NCBI GenBank assembly: GCA_036172245.1 | Contig: JAYWIR010000027.1 | Span: 310,001 to 374,000 of the forward strand | Source of the DNA: Raillietiella orientalis | Lineage: Eukaryota | DNA length: 64,000 nucleotides | Direction: 5' to 3' | Shown here: piece by piece, positions 1 through 13,077 of the stretch | Layout of the letters: every line of letters begins with the position of its first letter | How positions within the stretch are numbered: the first letter of the stretch is position 1 | The notes under the pieces: model-generated | What the model saw: the letters and a program-made list of their open reading frames with translations, nothing else | Told to the model about the DNA's origin: nothing | Database searches by the model: none | Program-made: the position numbers and the translations under genes

Positions 1-628
1 CACCCAGAAGCATCAGCGGGGCGATTCTTCTCCTACGTGAGAAGCTGCGACCTGACCTGCGTCAGAAGCATCCCATCGCGGCCGGCGGACGCCATCGCCG
101 ACGTGTTCAATCCCCTCATCGATGACTGCGATACCAGTGAGGATTCCAGCAGGAGCTCCTCGCGGTGCTCGATGGGAAGCGTCATCGCCGCCGCCACCTG
201 GAGGCAGCACCAGAATTTCCAGCAGCGCTCAGGTAGGTCGGGAGTTGCAGAGAGGGATGCGTAGAATAGGCAAGGGGGGAGGTTTCTTGCCCCTCACTTC
301 CCTCCCATCTCCAACTTCCCACCTTCGGCCTCCTGGTCCTTGGAGTCTCACAGGCAACGTCGTCCCACCGCACTTCTCGTCTGTGACGGTCTGGGTCCAC
401 CTACCGCAGAGAGCTCCTGTCCCGCCAGGAGAAAAAGAGACGCCTCCGGTCCTGGAGAGAGAAAAAGTAGGAGGGGACCACCCCTTGCAGATTCTCTTCA
501 CACCTGCAGCCCTCGGCCTCTCCTCACTTCGTCCGCTCCCCGCCGCATGAAGGCGCGTTCTATGTCGGCCTTGCGCGCGCCTCCTGAGTCCCGCCCTAAG
601 ATCGGCGGTTGTTTCTTCTGTGTTCCGG
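1..628 (+). CDS. Probable internal exons (<1-232 and 491-~628) of the TRMT9B-like gene
   Basis: Open frame to the donor TCAG|gtaggt at 232/233 and an acceptor ccccttgcag| at 490. Phase 1 is preserved and the Ser/Arg-rich product resembles the terminal exon in composition. Assignment to this gene is inference, and the second donor (607 or 628) is uncertain. Confidence 0.4.
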
Positions 629-3600
629 GTAGGATCTCTCCACGCTGAATTCCGAAAAGCACACTCTCCAGGCTCATCCGGGACTCAGCTGTTCTACCGG
701 CGTATTTTAGGCGACTATGAGATGCTTCCGAGGGTAGCGGGAGTCATCGCACACGTGAGAGAGGACACCATTGAACTTAGCGCGAGGGAAGGGATTTTTC
801 CTGGCCCTCCCGTGACAATTCGCTCACGAGTTCCCCTGGGATGATCTCTTCTTTGTCCGTCTTCCGAGGCTCCTACAAGGAGCCATCGGCCATCGACAGG
901 GTAGTTGGGAGCGCGACGGAGGATCCGACGTGGCACCCAAAGGGAGTGGGGCTGAGGGAGCACCCTCTGTTGCCTCCAAAAGCAGTGAAGCACGAGTGTA
1001 AAAACAGCGACAGGACAGCACTGGACCTTTGAAGCACAGCTTTGGAGGTCAGAAGGCAAACTCGAGGGTCGTACCGCTCCCAGGTCTGCTGCTGTGAGAG
1101 CTGCCTAGGGACGAGCCCGCGCGCACACGCGAGAAGCATCCAAAGGGAACGCTTGATCCCTTGGCCTTCCCTCCGAAATACTAGGGAAGAGGAGAGAAAG
1201 GAATGGGACCCATTTGCGATCTGGGAACTGGAAGCAGCAAAAACGGAAAGGCTCGATCCCTTCCTCTCCATCCAACCGTGCGCCGCCCTCAGGGTAAAGC
1301 CGCCGCGACCCACGGCCGGTCAAGGTCGCTTCTACAACCGAAGGTGGCGCTCTGCCCTCTTCCTTCATCCTCATTTAGTGAGGAAGGTCCGCCGAAGGCG
1401 AATCTCCTGGATTTTGCTCGAGATGACCCTCCTGCAGTAACCTCCAACGTCCCCGGACCCAGCTTCCGGAGTCACGCGCTAACAAGGAGGGGAAGGCGCA
1501 ACAACTTCCTCGTCTCCACTTCTACCTCCGGAGAGTTTGACTGGACTGCTTTCCCGAAAATGCCGGACCTCCTGCGTCGCAGAATTAGTGTCGAAAGCTC
1601 GTCCTCCGGGTCGTGTCAGGGCGCGTAGGCTGAAAAGCTCCAGAGTGGAGTCCCGTCCCGGCGTCACTTTCGAGCTTTCCTCCGAGTGCCCGTTTTCCGG
1701 GGAACTTCCGCCTGGGACTCAAGAATGCTCGACCGAAGGTCGAGCATTCTCTTCAAGCGCTCCGTGGTCGTGAGGATCACCATCGGCAACCGGGGACGGC
1801 TCGGGAAAACTTTCTTTGAGCCATCTTCGCGCCGACCAGGACCGTGCCTTCCTTTCCTCCGAAGAACCACGGATAGCTTAAAGCGAATGCTAGACCGTGA
1901 GTCCCGGGGCGGAAGTCTCCTCAGAAACGGGAGCATAGGAGAAAAGCTCGAAGGTGGCGCCGGGAGAGGACTCCCCCTCCCCCCGGAGCTTTTCAGCCTC
2001 CGCGTCTCACTGGAACTTTCTGCTCTCCTTCCCGCTCCGCAGGATGCTCGCGGGAAATGAGGCACCTCCGAACAAAAAGTTATTCATCTGCCTTTGCGTG
2101 ATCACGCCTTTGCATCATCATAGCCAGCTTGTCCTTGCGTCTTTTGCTGACTGCCATTTCTGTTTTCTTTAGTCGCGGTTTTACTAGCACTCTGCTATCC
2201 ATTGCCAAGGAGCGTTCCGAGAGTGTGTCTCCGGGGAGGAAGTGGACTGTCTGCTAGTTTTCTCGGAAGTCTTAATGAATGTCTCCAGCAGAGATTCGGC
2301 CTTCCCTTTTAGAAGGGAGTCCTCCTTGATCTTACATCGTTTTCTCCATAGACGCGAGAGCTACCTAGCTTATCACGAGGAGCCAAACCCTAGATCCCGG
2401 CCCCTTGCGTCCAAACAGGGGAAGATGGCTTGTCAGGGATGCATTCCCGCTGCGGAGCGAGACTCGAGAATCCCAGACAGCGACACAGAGCTCTGGATCC
2501 GAGTATTCAGCAGCAGCAGTGTGCGTTGTCATGCCAACATGAGCGAAGGAAACATAACACCGCAACAATGATGAGTAACAATGAACATGTGAGATTGCAG
2601 CAAGCTGCTCAACAATGCTCAAGAGATTGATATACCAAACAGAAAGGAGGGAAACAGGAAGTGCATTGATCCTGTTCTTGCGGGCTTTCCATCCAGACTG
2701 GCAAGGGTCAGGTATGACTTTCATCTCTTCGAAAGGAACCACTGAAAAACTTCACATGCCCTGGAAATTCCGCTGGAGGACTGATAGATCTATATTGCCA
2801 TCGTTTGCTCTCCCATCGTCTTCGTGTTCTCATATTCGGACTAGTCAAAAATTTCAAAGAGGAGGCTGAAAGCAGAGGCTGTTCTTTTATTGTTCTGCGT
2901 CCGATCTCCCTCTTGCCTCGCTCCAGAGCCACAGCGCTTCCGGAGAGAGCACCGAGGAGATACTGTTCCGTTCTTTCCGTTCTGGATCGCTGGACTTCTT
3001 TCTTTATCTCCGAGCTCACTTACACACTTAGCGTTAATTATGGATTTCGTGGTGGATATAAATTCAGCGTGGTGCTTGGCACTCGCCCCACAGGGACCTC
3101 TTGTTTGCCCTTCTTCCCCCCCTTCTGCCCTCAGTTTTTTTTGTTCGTTCCCATTTTGCTCATGATGACCCCGAGAAACGATGGTGGTCTTGCATCCCTA
3201 CACCACGAGTGTTCTTGATCATCCTTATATCGGGAACCCAGGATGTGTGGTTCCATTCACGTCCTGAGCTCGAAGACCGAAAAAAAAACCGAGACAACCG
3301 ATCAGGTATTCGCAGCACCTCATCTCCTTTCTTCGTTGTGGAGGAGCATGCCGCCATCACCGCCAACCTTCGTGTGGTGGATTCAAGTCCAAGGGGACAG
3401 CGTGCGACGTGTCACGCATACCGGAGTTCGACGGGATCTTCTGTACTATTCGCCCACGGAGTTTCTCATCTAGGAGTGTTCTCTGGAACCTGCAGGAACT
3501 CCAGAACGAGAAGGGAAGAGGAAAGGCTTTGCCTTCACCTACGAGCGAATGCCTACTTCCTCTTTCCCTCCGGTCCCTTCTTCCCTGACTCTTTCCAACA

Positions 3601-4809
3601 GATCTCGAGCTGTCCTGCTTCGCATTGCCAGAGCACGGGATCCCACGTGAACGATAGCAGCACCTTTCCCTCAAAAAGAGGGGGCAGAATTTTTCCGCCT
3701 CGGGGGCTTGGGGCAAGCGTTCTTGTTACTGCGTTCCTCCCATTGCTCGCCAACTCCGCAACAATCATGAGACGATCCTGGTAGTGACTCTGATCTTCCT
3801 CTTCAAGCAGTGGAGAGAATAGCAACTTTGCCGTCGCTAAGCTGCCACTCTGGCAATCCTACCGATCCCCGATAGACGGTGGCAGGGCGACAGCGAGGGG
3901 GTAGACCACAAGGCAGCGATGCCATGAGAAGATCGTCGAGGGGAAACTCACGGAACGTTACCTTCCACCCTTCCATTAGCGAGGTGGGTCTCCCCTCCCG
4001 GGAGGCCACTCGCCCACCAGCCGAACACCAACTGAGATCGGCGAACGGGCATTGCAGCTCCCCGAGGCGTGCAGTCTCCGCCGAGCCTCGAGGAGAAGGA
4101 TCTGCTTAGCCGTCAAGGGAGACAGCGAGATGGAAGAGGGTGACGAAGTCTCATGGTACTGCGTCCCGGAGAGTCCAATTTGGTCCAGAGAACGGCGTCC
4201 GAGAGCGTGACCTTTCTTCCTTCGCTCTATCCCAAGGCCTCCCTCCCCCCACCTCACATACATCTTTACACGTTTGCGCACACATAACGCTCTTCCAGGG
4301 AATGTACAGGAAGCGTACCTATGGGTGTACAAAACGCATGCACATGACATTGCAATGAGTACGCAGGTTGATTGATCTCTCTCGGCAAGCGTGCATTTTT
4401 CCGGGGAGAATTCTTCCCTCTTCCAGGAGTGTGTCCGCGGCAGATTTCAGCAGCGAGTACGATCCGCCTGCCTCAGGGGAGGGGAGCAGCAGAGCTTTTC
4501 CAGGCTAGGAAGCATCTTGGTGGGGATCGTTCTGGGGGTAGCCACTGGACGAAGGGGTGAGAGGGAGGGTGGACACCCCTGCGCGCGCGCGCTCCACCTT
4601 CTGCCTCATCAGGAACCGCGAGTGTGTCCCCACTGGCCCCACTGGCCTCGGAATGGACTCCTAGGGGGCTCTCCTTTCATTACCCTTTCATTCCTCCAAT
4701 CCCGTCAATCCTCCCTTCGGAGGGCCCTTCGAAAGGGCGAACGAGAGCCGCCTTTTCCCCCCGGACGAGGATGGGAATGGGCTCACTTTTCCGTCTCCCC
4801 CGTTTACAG

Positions 4810-5050
4810 GACGCTCTCGTACGACCCCTTCAAGCACAGCATGAGCCATGCCCCTGCTCCAGGTTCACGGTGGTGAGGAGGGAGAGGGTGATCGTTCCCC
4901 TCCCCAGTAGAAACTCCCACAGTTGGAAAAGGTGAAAAGGGGTCAGCTTTCAGTTGGGATATCCCGGAATGTGCTGTGGCGACCGGCGACCCCGCCGCTA
5001 AGAGGCACCGTCGATTCTTCAGCCGAGAGTTTCCACGAGCGGGTTATAAC
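4810..5050 (+). CDS. Possible small internal exons (4810-4872, 4954-5050) of the TRMT9B-like gene
   Basis: tttacag| acceptor and |gtgag donor, then ctttcag| acceptor and |gtgtga donor. Phases are compatible with the exon starting at 5164 (RTLSYDPFKHSM.../WDIPECAV...). Confidence 0.3.
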
Positions 5051-5163
5051 GTGTGAGGGAAGGCTGCTCCTGCAGCTCCCGAGGACTCTCCCGGTCGGAA
5101 AAATGGGTGTAGCTTACCCCACTTTTAAGATCGGGGATCGCCTCTGCTTTCCCATCCAGATAG

Positions 5164-6606
5164 CCTTCCTCGAGAGAACGACTGGTGAAAGCAAGCGGAA
5201 CACGCGGCGCCTGCTTGGAAGGGAGGAAGGGGGAGATGACCTCGGCGAAGAAGGGAAGCCACTCCTCGACCTTTTGTTGTTCCGTAGCCGACAAGCAGAG
5301 GTTCTCCGAGAAGGCGCTGCTCGTGGTGAAGGAGGAGCTGTCAGTGTCGGCGGATGAGCTCAGAACCGGCGGTGGTGTCGGCGGCTCGGCCGGCGTCCCG
5401 GCGAAGGATAGGGCGGCCGGTTCCCTCCGAGGCTGCGCCTGCGACTTTCCCAAATCCAGGAGCTTGGAAGTGATGGGCGTCTCGGACGCTTCCGACGAGG
5501 TCGCCGCCTTCCACTCTGACAACGACGGTAGCGGCGGCGGAGGCACTCCGAGCTCGCCTTCTCCCGGGCAGCTCTTCGGCGAGTGCAGGGCTGCCACGGA
5601 AGCCACAGCCTCCCTGGAGCGGTTCGCGGCCAAGCTGCTCAAGGACGCTGTCCTGGCTGCCCTACGCGAGGTCAGCGGAGGGGGACCGTCCACTAAGACT
5701 CTGTTTGGGGAGCGCAACTCCAAGATGAGAGCCCACAGGAAGACTTCCAGCACCTGCAGCCTGATGAGCATCTCCTCCAGCGGCTCGTCCACCAAACCCA
5801 AGACGGACTCGTTCGATTCCTCGATCTCCTGGACGACCACGCTCTCCAGTCATCGAGGTTCCTCCTCCTCCCAGCCTCTGTCTTCCTACTCCCGGGGGAG
5901 CACCTACTCCAGTATTTCCCTGTCGGACATCGAGGAAAAAACGAGATCCACAGGGAGGACAGGGTCTAAGAGCAGCCCTCCGGTCCTCGCGAGGGCGAAG
6001 AGCTTCGCAGAGACGCGAGGTCGCTTCCCGCGCCGCCTCTCCCGCCCGCATCTGGAAAAGATACGACTTTTCCATCTCAGAAGGCCACCGAGGGCGCAGC
6101 AGCAGCAGCAGCAGCAGCAAACTAAGTCCTCGACCCTCGTTCTCAGCGGCGTCAACATGGCGGCTTGCAGACAGCACCTCAAGATCCTTCCCGGAGTTCT
6201 CATCTGTAGGCGGGCGGAATCCCGGAAGAGGGACGGCATCTTCCGGCACTTCCGATCGCGCAGAGACAGCGGTGTCCTGGGCCAGCAGGCATCCTACGAG
6301 GCGCGCTCCCTGAGGAGCTTCTCTTCTTCGAGCGGAAGGAAGTCCAAGGGTTCGACCTCAGACCTCGCCAGCACCTCCGGAGCGGAAAGAACCACTTCCG
6401 ACGGAAGCGAGGGAGGCCTTCCCCGAAGAGCTCCAGTCCCCACGGTTGCTTTTGCGAAGCGCCACAAATACTACCACTTCTTCAGGGGAGGGGAGCTGGA
6501 CGGACTCATCGAAGAGCACGTGAAGAACCTGCACATCCTGTCGTCGTACGGAGACCGCCGTAGCTGGTACGTCATCGTCGAGAAGGTGAGGGTGTGGACC
6601 ATCTAG
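5164..6606 (+). CDS. TRMT9B: Terminal exon of a TRMT9B/KIAA1456-like (Trm9-family) tRNA methyltransferase-like protein; the SAM-binding domain is presumably upstream of the window
   Basis: Long open frame ending KYYHFFRGGELDGLIEEHVKNLHILSSYGDRRSWYVIVEKVRVWTI*, matching the Trm9/ALKBH8/TRMT9B C-terminal motif YYHxFxxGEL...SWxVIxEK. It is preceded by a long Ser-rich region. Acceptor cccatccagatag| at 5163. Confidence 0.8.
   Translation, partial: PSSRERLVKASGTRGACLEGRKGEMTSAKKGSHSSTFCCSVADKQRFSEKALLVVKEELSVSADELRTGGGVGGSAGVPAKDRAAGSLRGCACDFPKSRSLEVMGVSDASDEVAAFHSDNDGSGGGGTPSSPSPGQLFGECRAATEATASLERFAAKLLKDAVLAALREVSGGGPSTKTLFGERNSKMRAHRKTSSTCSLMSISSSGSSTKPKTDSFDSSISWTTTLSSHRGSSSSQPLSSYSRGSTYSSISLSDIEEKTRSTGRTGSKSSPPVLARAKSFAETRGRFPRRLSRPHLEKIRLFHLRRPPRAQQQQQQQQTKSSTLVLSGVNMAACRQHLKILPGVLICRRAESRKRDGIFRHFRSRRDSGVLGQQASYEARSLRSFSSSSGRKSKGSTSDLASTSGAERTTSDGSEGGLPRRAPVPTVAFAKRHKYYHFFRGGELDGLIEEHVKNLHILSSYGDRRSWYVIVEKVRVWTI
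6097..6120 (+). repeat. (CAG)7CAA coding microsatellite (polyQ8)
   Basis: Read directly; in frame in the TRMT9B-like exon. Confidence 0.95.
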
Positions 6607-9049
6607 CGCGGGGGAGGGGAGCAGTCGGCTGCTTCCCTCTGGCTCTATCCCTCTGCGGAATGCTCCGGGGGATTCTGACTAGCGGACTTCGTTCCGAGGC
6701 GCTGTCCACTCGAAAGCTCGCCTCCTAAGGAACCCCCGGCTTCAAGCTAGAAGAAGAGGGAACAAGACCGACGATTGTCCCTGCGGTTCTCCCGAGGGAG
6801 GGGAACGCAGGGCAGAACCGATGGACTCGCAGAGACCGATAGAAAGGGATGAGGCGGAGCTCAAATCCTGGCTCCTCGCAGGAACCTTCCTCCTGAAATC
6901 TTCAAGCGCAATAAACAATTTCGTTTCCAGGACGTTGGTGGTCTTTGCGCGACTGCGCAGCAGTGACTTCGGCCGCCGACGCCCGAGCGGCCAGGAGGAT
7001 AGCGGGGCCTCCGCAACTCGCGCAGGTTCTCATTGCCAACTCCCTTCCAGCACCCGCCTGATTCTGGAAAATCTCATCCCGTCTTCCACCTCTCCTCTGC
7101 GTCCCCTGGAATGTTCGCCGTGTTCTGGACGTCGGAGGTTTCCACCACAGAGGTTTCCGCCTCTCAGTGGACCATCCTTCCCCACCAGCCATCCGTTTCG
7201 TGTGCACCCTGCTGCAGAACTCGGTAGCCAGGAGGCATTGAATCCCGAGGAAGTCGCCCGCCTCTCCCGACCCGTGTGTCTTCCTTCCCCCCTCCGCCCG
7301 TCGATGAAGAGTCCCCACCGCGGACCCGGAGCGACGCCTCGAGGCTGTTCGAACGAATGCCCCCCAGAAAGTGCGATCCGCGCTGGCCACTGCGTCTTCC
7401 TGCCCAACCGAAGGGCCGATCAGCTTTCGCGCCGGTTTCCCGAAGAGTTATTTTTACATGCCTAGCAGGCTCGTGTGTCTCCGTGGGTTCCCTCCCCTTC
7501 TTCCCCGCCTCTGCGTCCACCGTGCGACTCCGGGTGGCGCCGCGTCGCCGAGGTGCTCACACCCCACCTTCACCCGGGCGCGCACACAGGCGGACTCTCC
7601 CGGATTCGTCGCGTTAACTCTTGCTCTCTTGCAGCCAGTGATCCGTCGCTTGGGTTCCCCCGGCAACCGGTCGCGGCGCGAGAGGCGGGATGCAGAAGAA
7701 ATCGCGTCCCTCGATTCATCCTCCTGCCCGCCTCCTGTTCCTCTTTCTTTTCCTTTGCTCATGCTGTTAGGGCGCCGGGAGCCGATTCGTGGCGAGAGCG
7801 TCTTCTGCCACCTTCTCTGGCGCTCTCGTCTTTCCTCTGACCCTTCGAGCACCGTGGCAACGACCAGCGAGAACCGCACGGCGGAAACACAGCGAGCACG
7901 CAAGCCAGCCGGGAACGACGGAAGTGACGTCAACGGACGTGCGGGCTATGAGGGAAACGCGCGCGAGAGCGACTTCTCCGTTCCGTCATCAGTGCTGCCA
8001 GCTTAGCAATCGGGTGAGCTTTTTCTTGGATCCGGGCAATTGGTCTGCAGGTAGCAAACCAGACGATGCGGCGCCGACTGCCACTCTTCCAGAGCGTAGA
8101 GCAGCAGCAGTTTGCCTGGCCACCGTCCGTCCGCAGGCTGCCCACGGGCTCCCGGCAACCACTGCGGGTCGAATCCAGGGGGAACTCGACCTCTGGGAGA
8201 TCTCCTTTTCGATAACGAATGACTTTTTAGCAATGCGTGTTCGTCCGATGCTTCCTCTGGGAGCCGCCCACTCGCGAAGGTTTCGAGCCGTCTGACCGAC
8301 CGCCGCAGCCAACGGAAACCGGAAGCTCTCCATCGGTGTAGTCCGCGCCGCGAAGGCCCCACTTCTTTCCGTCTCCTGGGTGGACCCCCGTCTGCAAAGC
8401 TTCGAGTCGCCTCCTCAGGTGTCCAGTAGCCGCGTGCGCGCGCTCCCCCTCCCCTCGCTGTCTCATCCCCCGTGCAGGCCTCTCCGGGGAGCGCTCCGGG
8501 GGCACCCTTGGGTGCCTCGCGGATGCTCGTGAAGACGACAGGACATGCGAAAACTGGGCGTCTCTCCGCGGTCTACAGGTGGCTCGTGTCATTAAGATGC
8601 TCTCGCGAACGCTCTCTTCGTCATCCCCTTGCCGCATCTTCGTCGTTCTCCTGTTTGTCCCCCTTGCTTGGAGGAAACAAGGGATGGCACGAGGAGAGAG
8701 ATTGGCTGCCTCTCCATGGGGACTCAAGCAGCCTCGAGTGGTCTTCAGGATGCTCCTTCGGAATGTCGGCGACTTGCCTAACAGCACTTGCATGATGGGA
8801 TTCCAGATCCCCGCAGCCCCCGAGGCATCGGGAGAACCAGAAACCATGGTTACGACAACGTTCTTTGCTCCTGAGAAGCAGCCCTGAGCCGTCGGCGCTG
8901 TAGCCGATGCGGCTGCCTGGCGGGATGCGCTGCGCTTCCAGAGACGCCAGCAAAGAGAGATCCCTTCAGATCAAGGACTCTGCTCCTGGACCGCCCCGAA
9001 GCTCGAGGCAACGTGTGCCATCAACCAGCTGATCTCTCTCTGCAAGAGT

Positions 9050-9600
9050 CTGGGACTCTGCCCAACATTTCGCGAGATCTATTTGCAGAAAACTATCACA
9101 GTGTTGCCACGTTTCCTACCCCCCCTCCTTACCCGAGAGCCTGGAACCAGCCTTTGCAATGTATTCGGGTACGTTCCAAGGCAAGTCCAGGCTATCGATA
9201 ACCTGAGCATCGGGAACCTGATGCTGACATACGGGACTCTGATCTGTGCTCGAGGATCTCTTTCGCGCCTGCACTGCGCTTCCTCAGTGCATCTGTCTTT
9301 CGAGAGTGGTTCGTACAGTCCCCCTTAAGCGCTCTTCTCGGGGTCTCGTTCCAGGAAAAATCTGCGCGTCAACCCATTCTTGGTTCTATCCCTTGTCAGA
9401 TCTGGAACTGGTTCAACAGGGACTTTTTCTGACATCCGGTCCGTCACGATCTCATACCCCAAACCGGTCTTTGATGCGATGCTTGCCTGGATTTCATTCG
9501 AGCAAATGCTACGTATTCAGAAGAGCGTTCCTCTCACGGATGGGAGTGAACGTTTATTTATTTATTTATTTTATTCTGATTTTATTTATGTATCTAGTTT
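9050..9600 (+). mobile_element. Decayed 3' fragment of an L1/Tx1-clade LINE
   Basis: Frameshifted peptides resemble the ORF2 C-terminal Cys region (..EDLFRAC.., ..CQIWNWFNR..), followed by a (TTTA)n tract. Confidence 0.3.
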
Positions 9601-9999
9601 TGGGAGGAAACCACATTTTTGCACAAAAAATCTACATCTGATGCGTGTTTTGCTCTCGAAGCACGAACTGACCGACTCAACCACGGGAAGGGAGAGGCCG
9701 GTTGGATACGTTGCTTCCCGCAGCCATTCGACAGGCAACAGGAATTAGAGGGGCAACGCAAAGCCGATTCTGGGAGCAAGTGTTCTGAAATCGAGACGGC
9801 TAGTCGCTGTTAGCACCTTCTGCACGTGTGAATCTGAGAATCTGGGAGATAGAGACACGATGGGAGGATCTCGACATTTGTTCACTCTTTCCCGGCTTCC
9901 TGGAACTTCACACTACATGAAATTTAATCAGGATTAGGTTCTAGTTGCAATAAACGCCCTAAACGACAGATAGCTCCACCTGGAAGGACCGATCCTGTA

Positions 10000-11870
10000 A
10001 AACTGCTTCATCAGAAACACGAAAAGACAAAAACAGAAAGCGAAAAAAGTTCTGTGGTGACATCAGCAAGAGCCTCTGAAGATCATGTATGTCTTGTTTA
10101 ATCGATATCTAAATCCCTCTAACCAGTGCGGGCTGACTCTCATGGATCCAGTCTCTAGCTCTAACGGCATTGCGAGCTCTGCAGCATCATGGTACACATC
10201 GGAATCCCCGACCGCCGTCTTCGATATAGCACTGTAAGGAGGTGTAAACCGGGGTGTCGGAATGCCAATCTGGCTGGGAAGCTACGGGTAGATGGCCTCG
10301 TTGACAGCAGACAGTTACATTGCTTGCATGCCCATCATCTCTCGTCATATCCTAGCAGGCATCGCTGACTTCATTCCAAGATCAATCTCCAGGACAGCAT
10401 GGTTCCAGGGTCGGCTTCAAGAGGGCGAAGCGATCCAAGGCTGCTGATCGGAGCGAATTCTAACTCGGGAGGCTGCGATCCTGTGAGACGAAGAACAGAG
10501 ATTATATTGTCTCTTCGTGGCTTCTTTCCATGGCTGCATCTCGTTCATACATTGGCTCCTCGGACATTGAGGTCTGAGAAGAACTAGTGCCGACCGATGC
10601 GAACATCGACGGAAGTTCCGTGGAAGCAGTTTCCATTGCTTTACACTCTTAGGGCAGGAAAAGATGCACAAAACAGGGGAGCGAAGATGGAAAAGTCCCT
10701 TTGACCGTATATAAAAGCTTCTGTTCACTCAATAAACACATCTGGTTCGCATGCGTTCTTGGAATTTTCAACTCTCGCAGAATACTGTCGTTCCTGGGAT
10801 TTCAGCTGACGAGCTGAACGAGCTGACGGCCATCGCGCGAGTGATCAAGTTTTTTGAGAGTTCAAGAGAGAGCTGTTAGTTCCAGTATTTCCAGAAGTGG
10901 AGGAGTTTTTTTGAAAAACCCTGCGGATGGCGACGAAGAAGAGACGTGTACACCACAGATGGATGAGGGAATGTAGGAGCATTCATCTCATCTCCCATCG
11001 AAGGGACAAATTCAGCAAGACGATCGACCATGCCGGGAGCATCTAGACAGTAAGAAGAGAGTCGTCCAGGGTAAAGACCTGGTAGAGACCTTTGAGAAAA
11101 GCTAACCCAGAGTTATGATTGAAGATGCAACTCCGAATAAGCGCATGAAGATCAGGCACAAGGAAGCATAGCTTTACTCCATGGAAAGGCATTCGGGCCA
11201 AGGGAAGACCATATCTTGTGTGATACAGCATCCTTCGTCGGCAGACCACCTGCCCAACGGTGACACTCAACGGTTCTTTGATTTAATCCTGCCGCGTGGC
11301 TCCATGTACTACACGTACGGGAAGCTCCCACCAGGTGCGCCGTCAAACTCATCTGCAGGAGGTGCCTGGTATAGGAAAAGACTTCCTCAGTTACATTCCC
11401 AACCACTGCTTCTCGAACGAAGAGCTGATAATCGAGAGGCACAACGAGCTGGTGGCCCGAATCAAAAGCGCTGCGCATGAGAACTGGAAGCTGATGACCT
11501 CCTCCAATTCACCCATCCTGGGGCAAATTCGGAACTGTGACTGAATTTGGAGCTACAGGATGAAGATATGGTGCCCATCCTAGTCTTCTTCTGAAGACTC
11601 CTAGAACAGTCATCTTCCGGAGCACTCGAGGGACAAGTGCAGAGATCGATTTGCTCTTCACTTTACAGGAGTGGCAAATGGATTCCAGAGGACATCAGAA
11701 CGGTCTCCGTCATGAGATTCTTAGAATCGTGGAAATCCTGCAAACGACGTCATCATTCGATGAGCAGCTGATGGGAAAACATCAAGAACAAAACTGTTCC
11801 TGCACGTGCTGCTCTAGGGGGACCTACTTTAGACACAGGTTGGGTCACAGTCCGAGATGAAGGAACCCTG
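10000..11870 (+). mobile_element. Heavily decayed RLE-type non-LTR retrotransposon (Utopia/NeSL-like)
   Basis: Fragments in the expected order across frameshifts: RT-upstream PDRRLRY (~10206), QGKTISCVIQHPSS..RF, zinc-knuckle remnant NHC...IIERHNELVARIK (11400-11466), LESWK (LGSWD-like), CSRGTYFRH (SRDIYxEH-like). Confidence 0.7.
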
Positions 11871-13077
11871 GTGGGGATGGAATGAGAGGGACTCGAGTGA
11901 AGCTGACAGGAGGGGCAGACAATGAGACCGAACATCAACAAGCAAACCACCAGACTCCTGTCTCGATAACAATTTGACTGATTCAGTTGATTATTTCATG
12001 CCGACAGAAAATGCAAAGACTGTCATCCTTCTGTCCGGTTGCATCCTCCAACTCACCATTTGTGGAATAAGCATGGAAAAATCTTCCGTGTCCTTTTTGG
12101 AACACTGCCATTGTATTTTAGGAGGAGTTCCCCTTCCTCAGTTTCTCTAAGGTCAACTTCATCACGAAATTCCTTGGTTTCTGGCCAGGTGCTCCCACCA
12201 GCCGAGAGCCGCCTTTCTGACTTGGTGAATCAAGTCAGCTTGCCGCCTCTCACAGAGCTGAACATCTGCAACAGTTTTGAATGTGTGGCAGCGTTCCTCC
12301 CCATTGCCGGATGGACCAATTCCCCATCCATCGATTCGCTTCCTATCTGATACTTGGATGACCACAAGATGAATGCATGCATTATAAATGAGGAATTGCA
12401 GTCCGCAAAGAGCAACTCTGATCTCTTCAGGTGGGATAGAGACCGTAGATGTGGTCCAACCCCGCGCCGCAGATGATCTTTCCCTGTTCGGGACACTTCC
12501 CGCTCAGGATCTTTCACGTCTCGAGACCTCAGCTTGTATGGCGTTCTGCATTTCATCCCTGTAGGCACAGCGTGAACCTTGACCTCTGGAAGGAATTAGA
12601 GCAGGCTGCTTCGCAGCTCTCCTTTCTTGAGAGCTCCTAGTGCATCCGGACGCTTCCTGCAGAGCGAACGTGGACAAGGACGAGATGATTGTTGCAGCGT
12701 TTCACGCAGTTTCATGTCCACTCTCCCCTCGTCTGAAGCAGCTTGAGCTCCTCCTCGACGAAGCACCGGACCTCTTCCTCCCAAGACAGCCCCTTTTAAT
12801 CGATCGCAGTGTCCTTTCTTTCTCAGGTTATCCCTCCGCTTCTGCTTCCTGAATTTCAATGCTTGTGGAGTCCTCCGCAATTCACTACTCGCTGCTCCTT
12901 TTCTATGTGATCAGTAGACCTTCTTAATTCACAGAAACCCCACCTGAATCGGGGGCCTGAAGATCCCTGGAACGGGAAATGACTTCTTTCGATTTCCCGG
13001 GTCCAGTGATGGCGACAGCGATGGTGATGGTGGTAATGAGCACATGGGATCACGAAGTACGTGATGTCACTCGTTCG

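Noticed and set aside
608..632. Possible 25-nt intron that keeps the frame
   Set aside because: Much shorter than the well-supported introns (45-65 nt minimum) and has a weak donor; the donor at 628/629 is as plausible.
5019..6249. Long minus-strand ORFs (273 aa and 195 aa)
   Set aside because: Antisense shadows of the GC-rich TRMT9B-like exon.
6821..8953. Overlapping 100-214 aa ORFs in GC-rich DNA
   Set aside because: No recognisable domain or consistent splice pattern; long ORFs are expected at this GC content.
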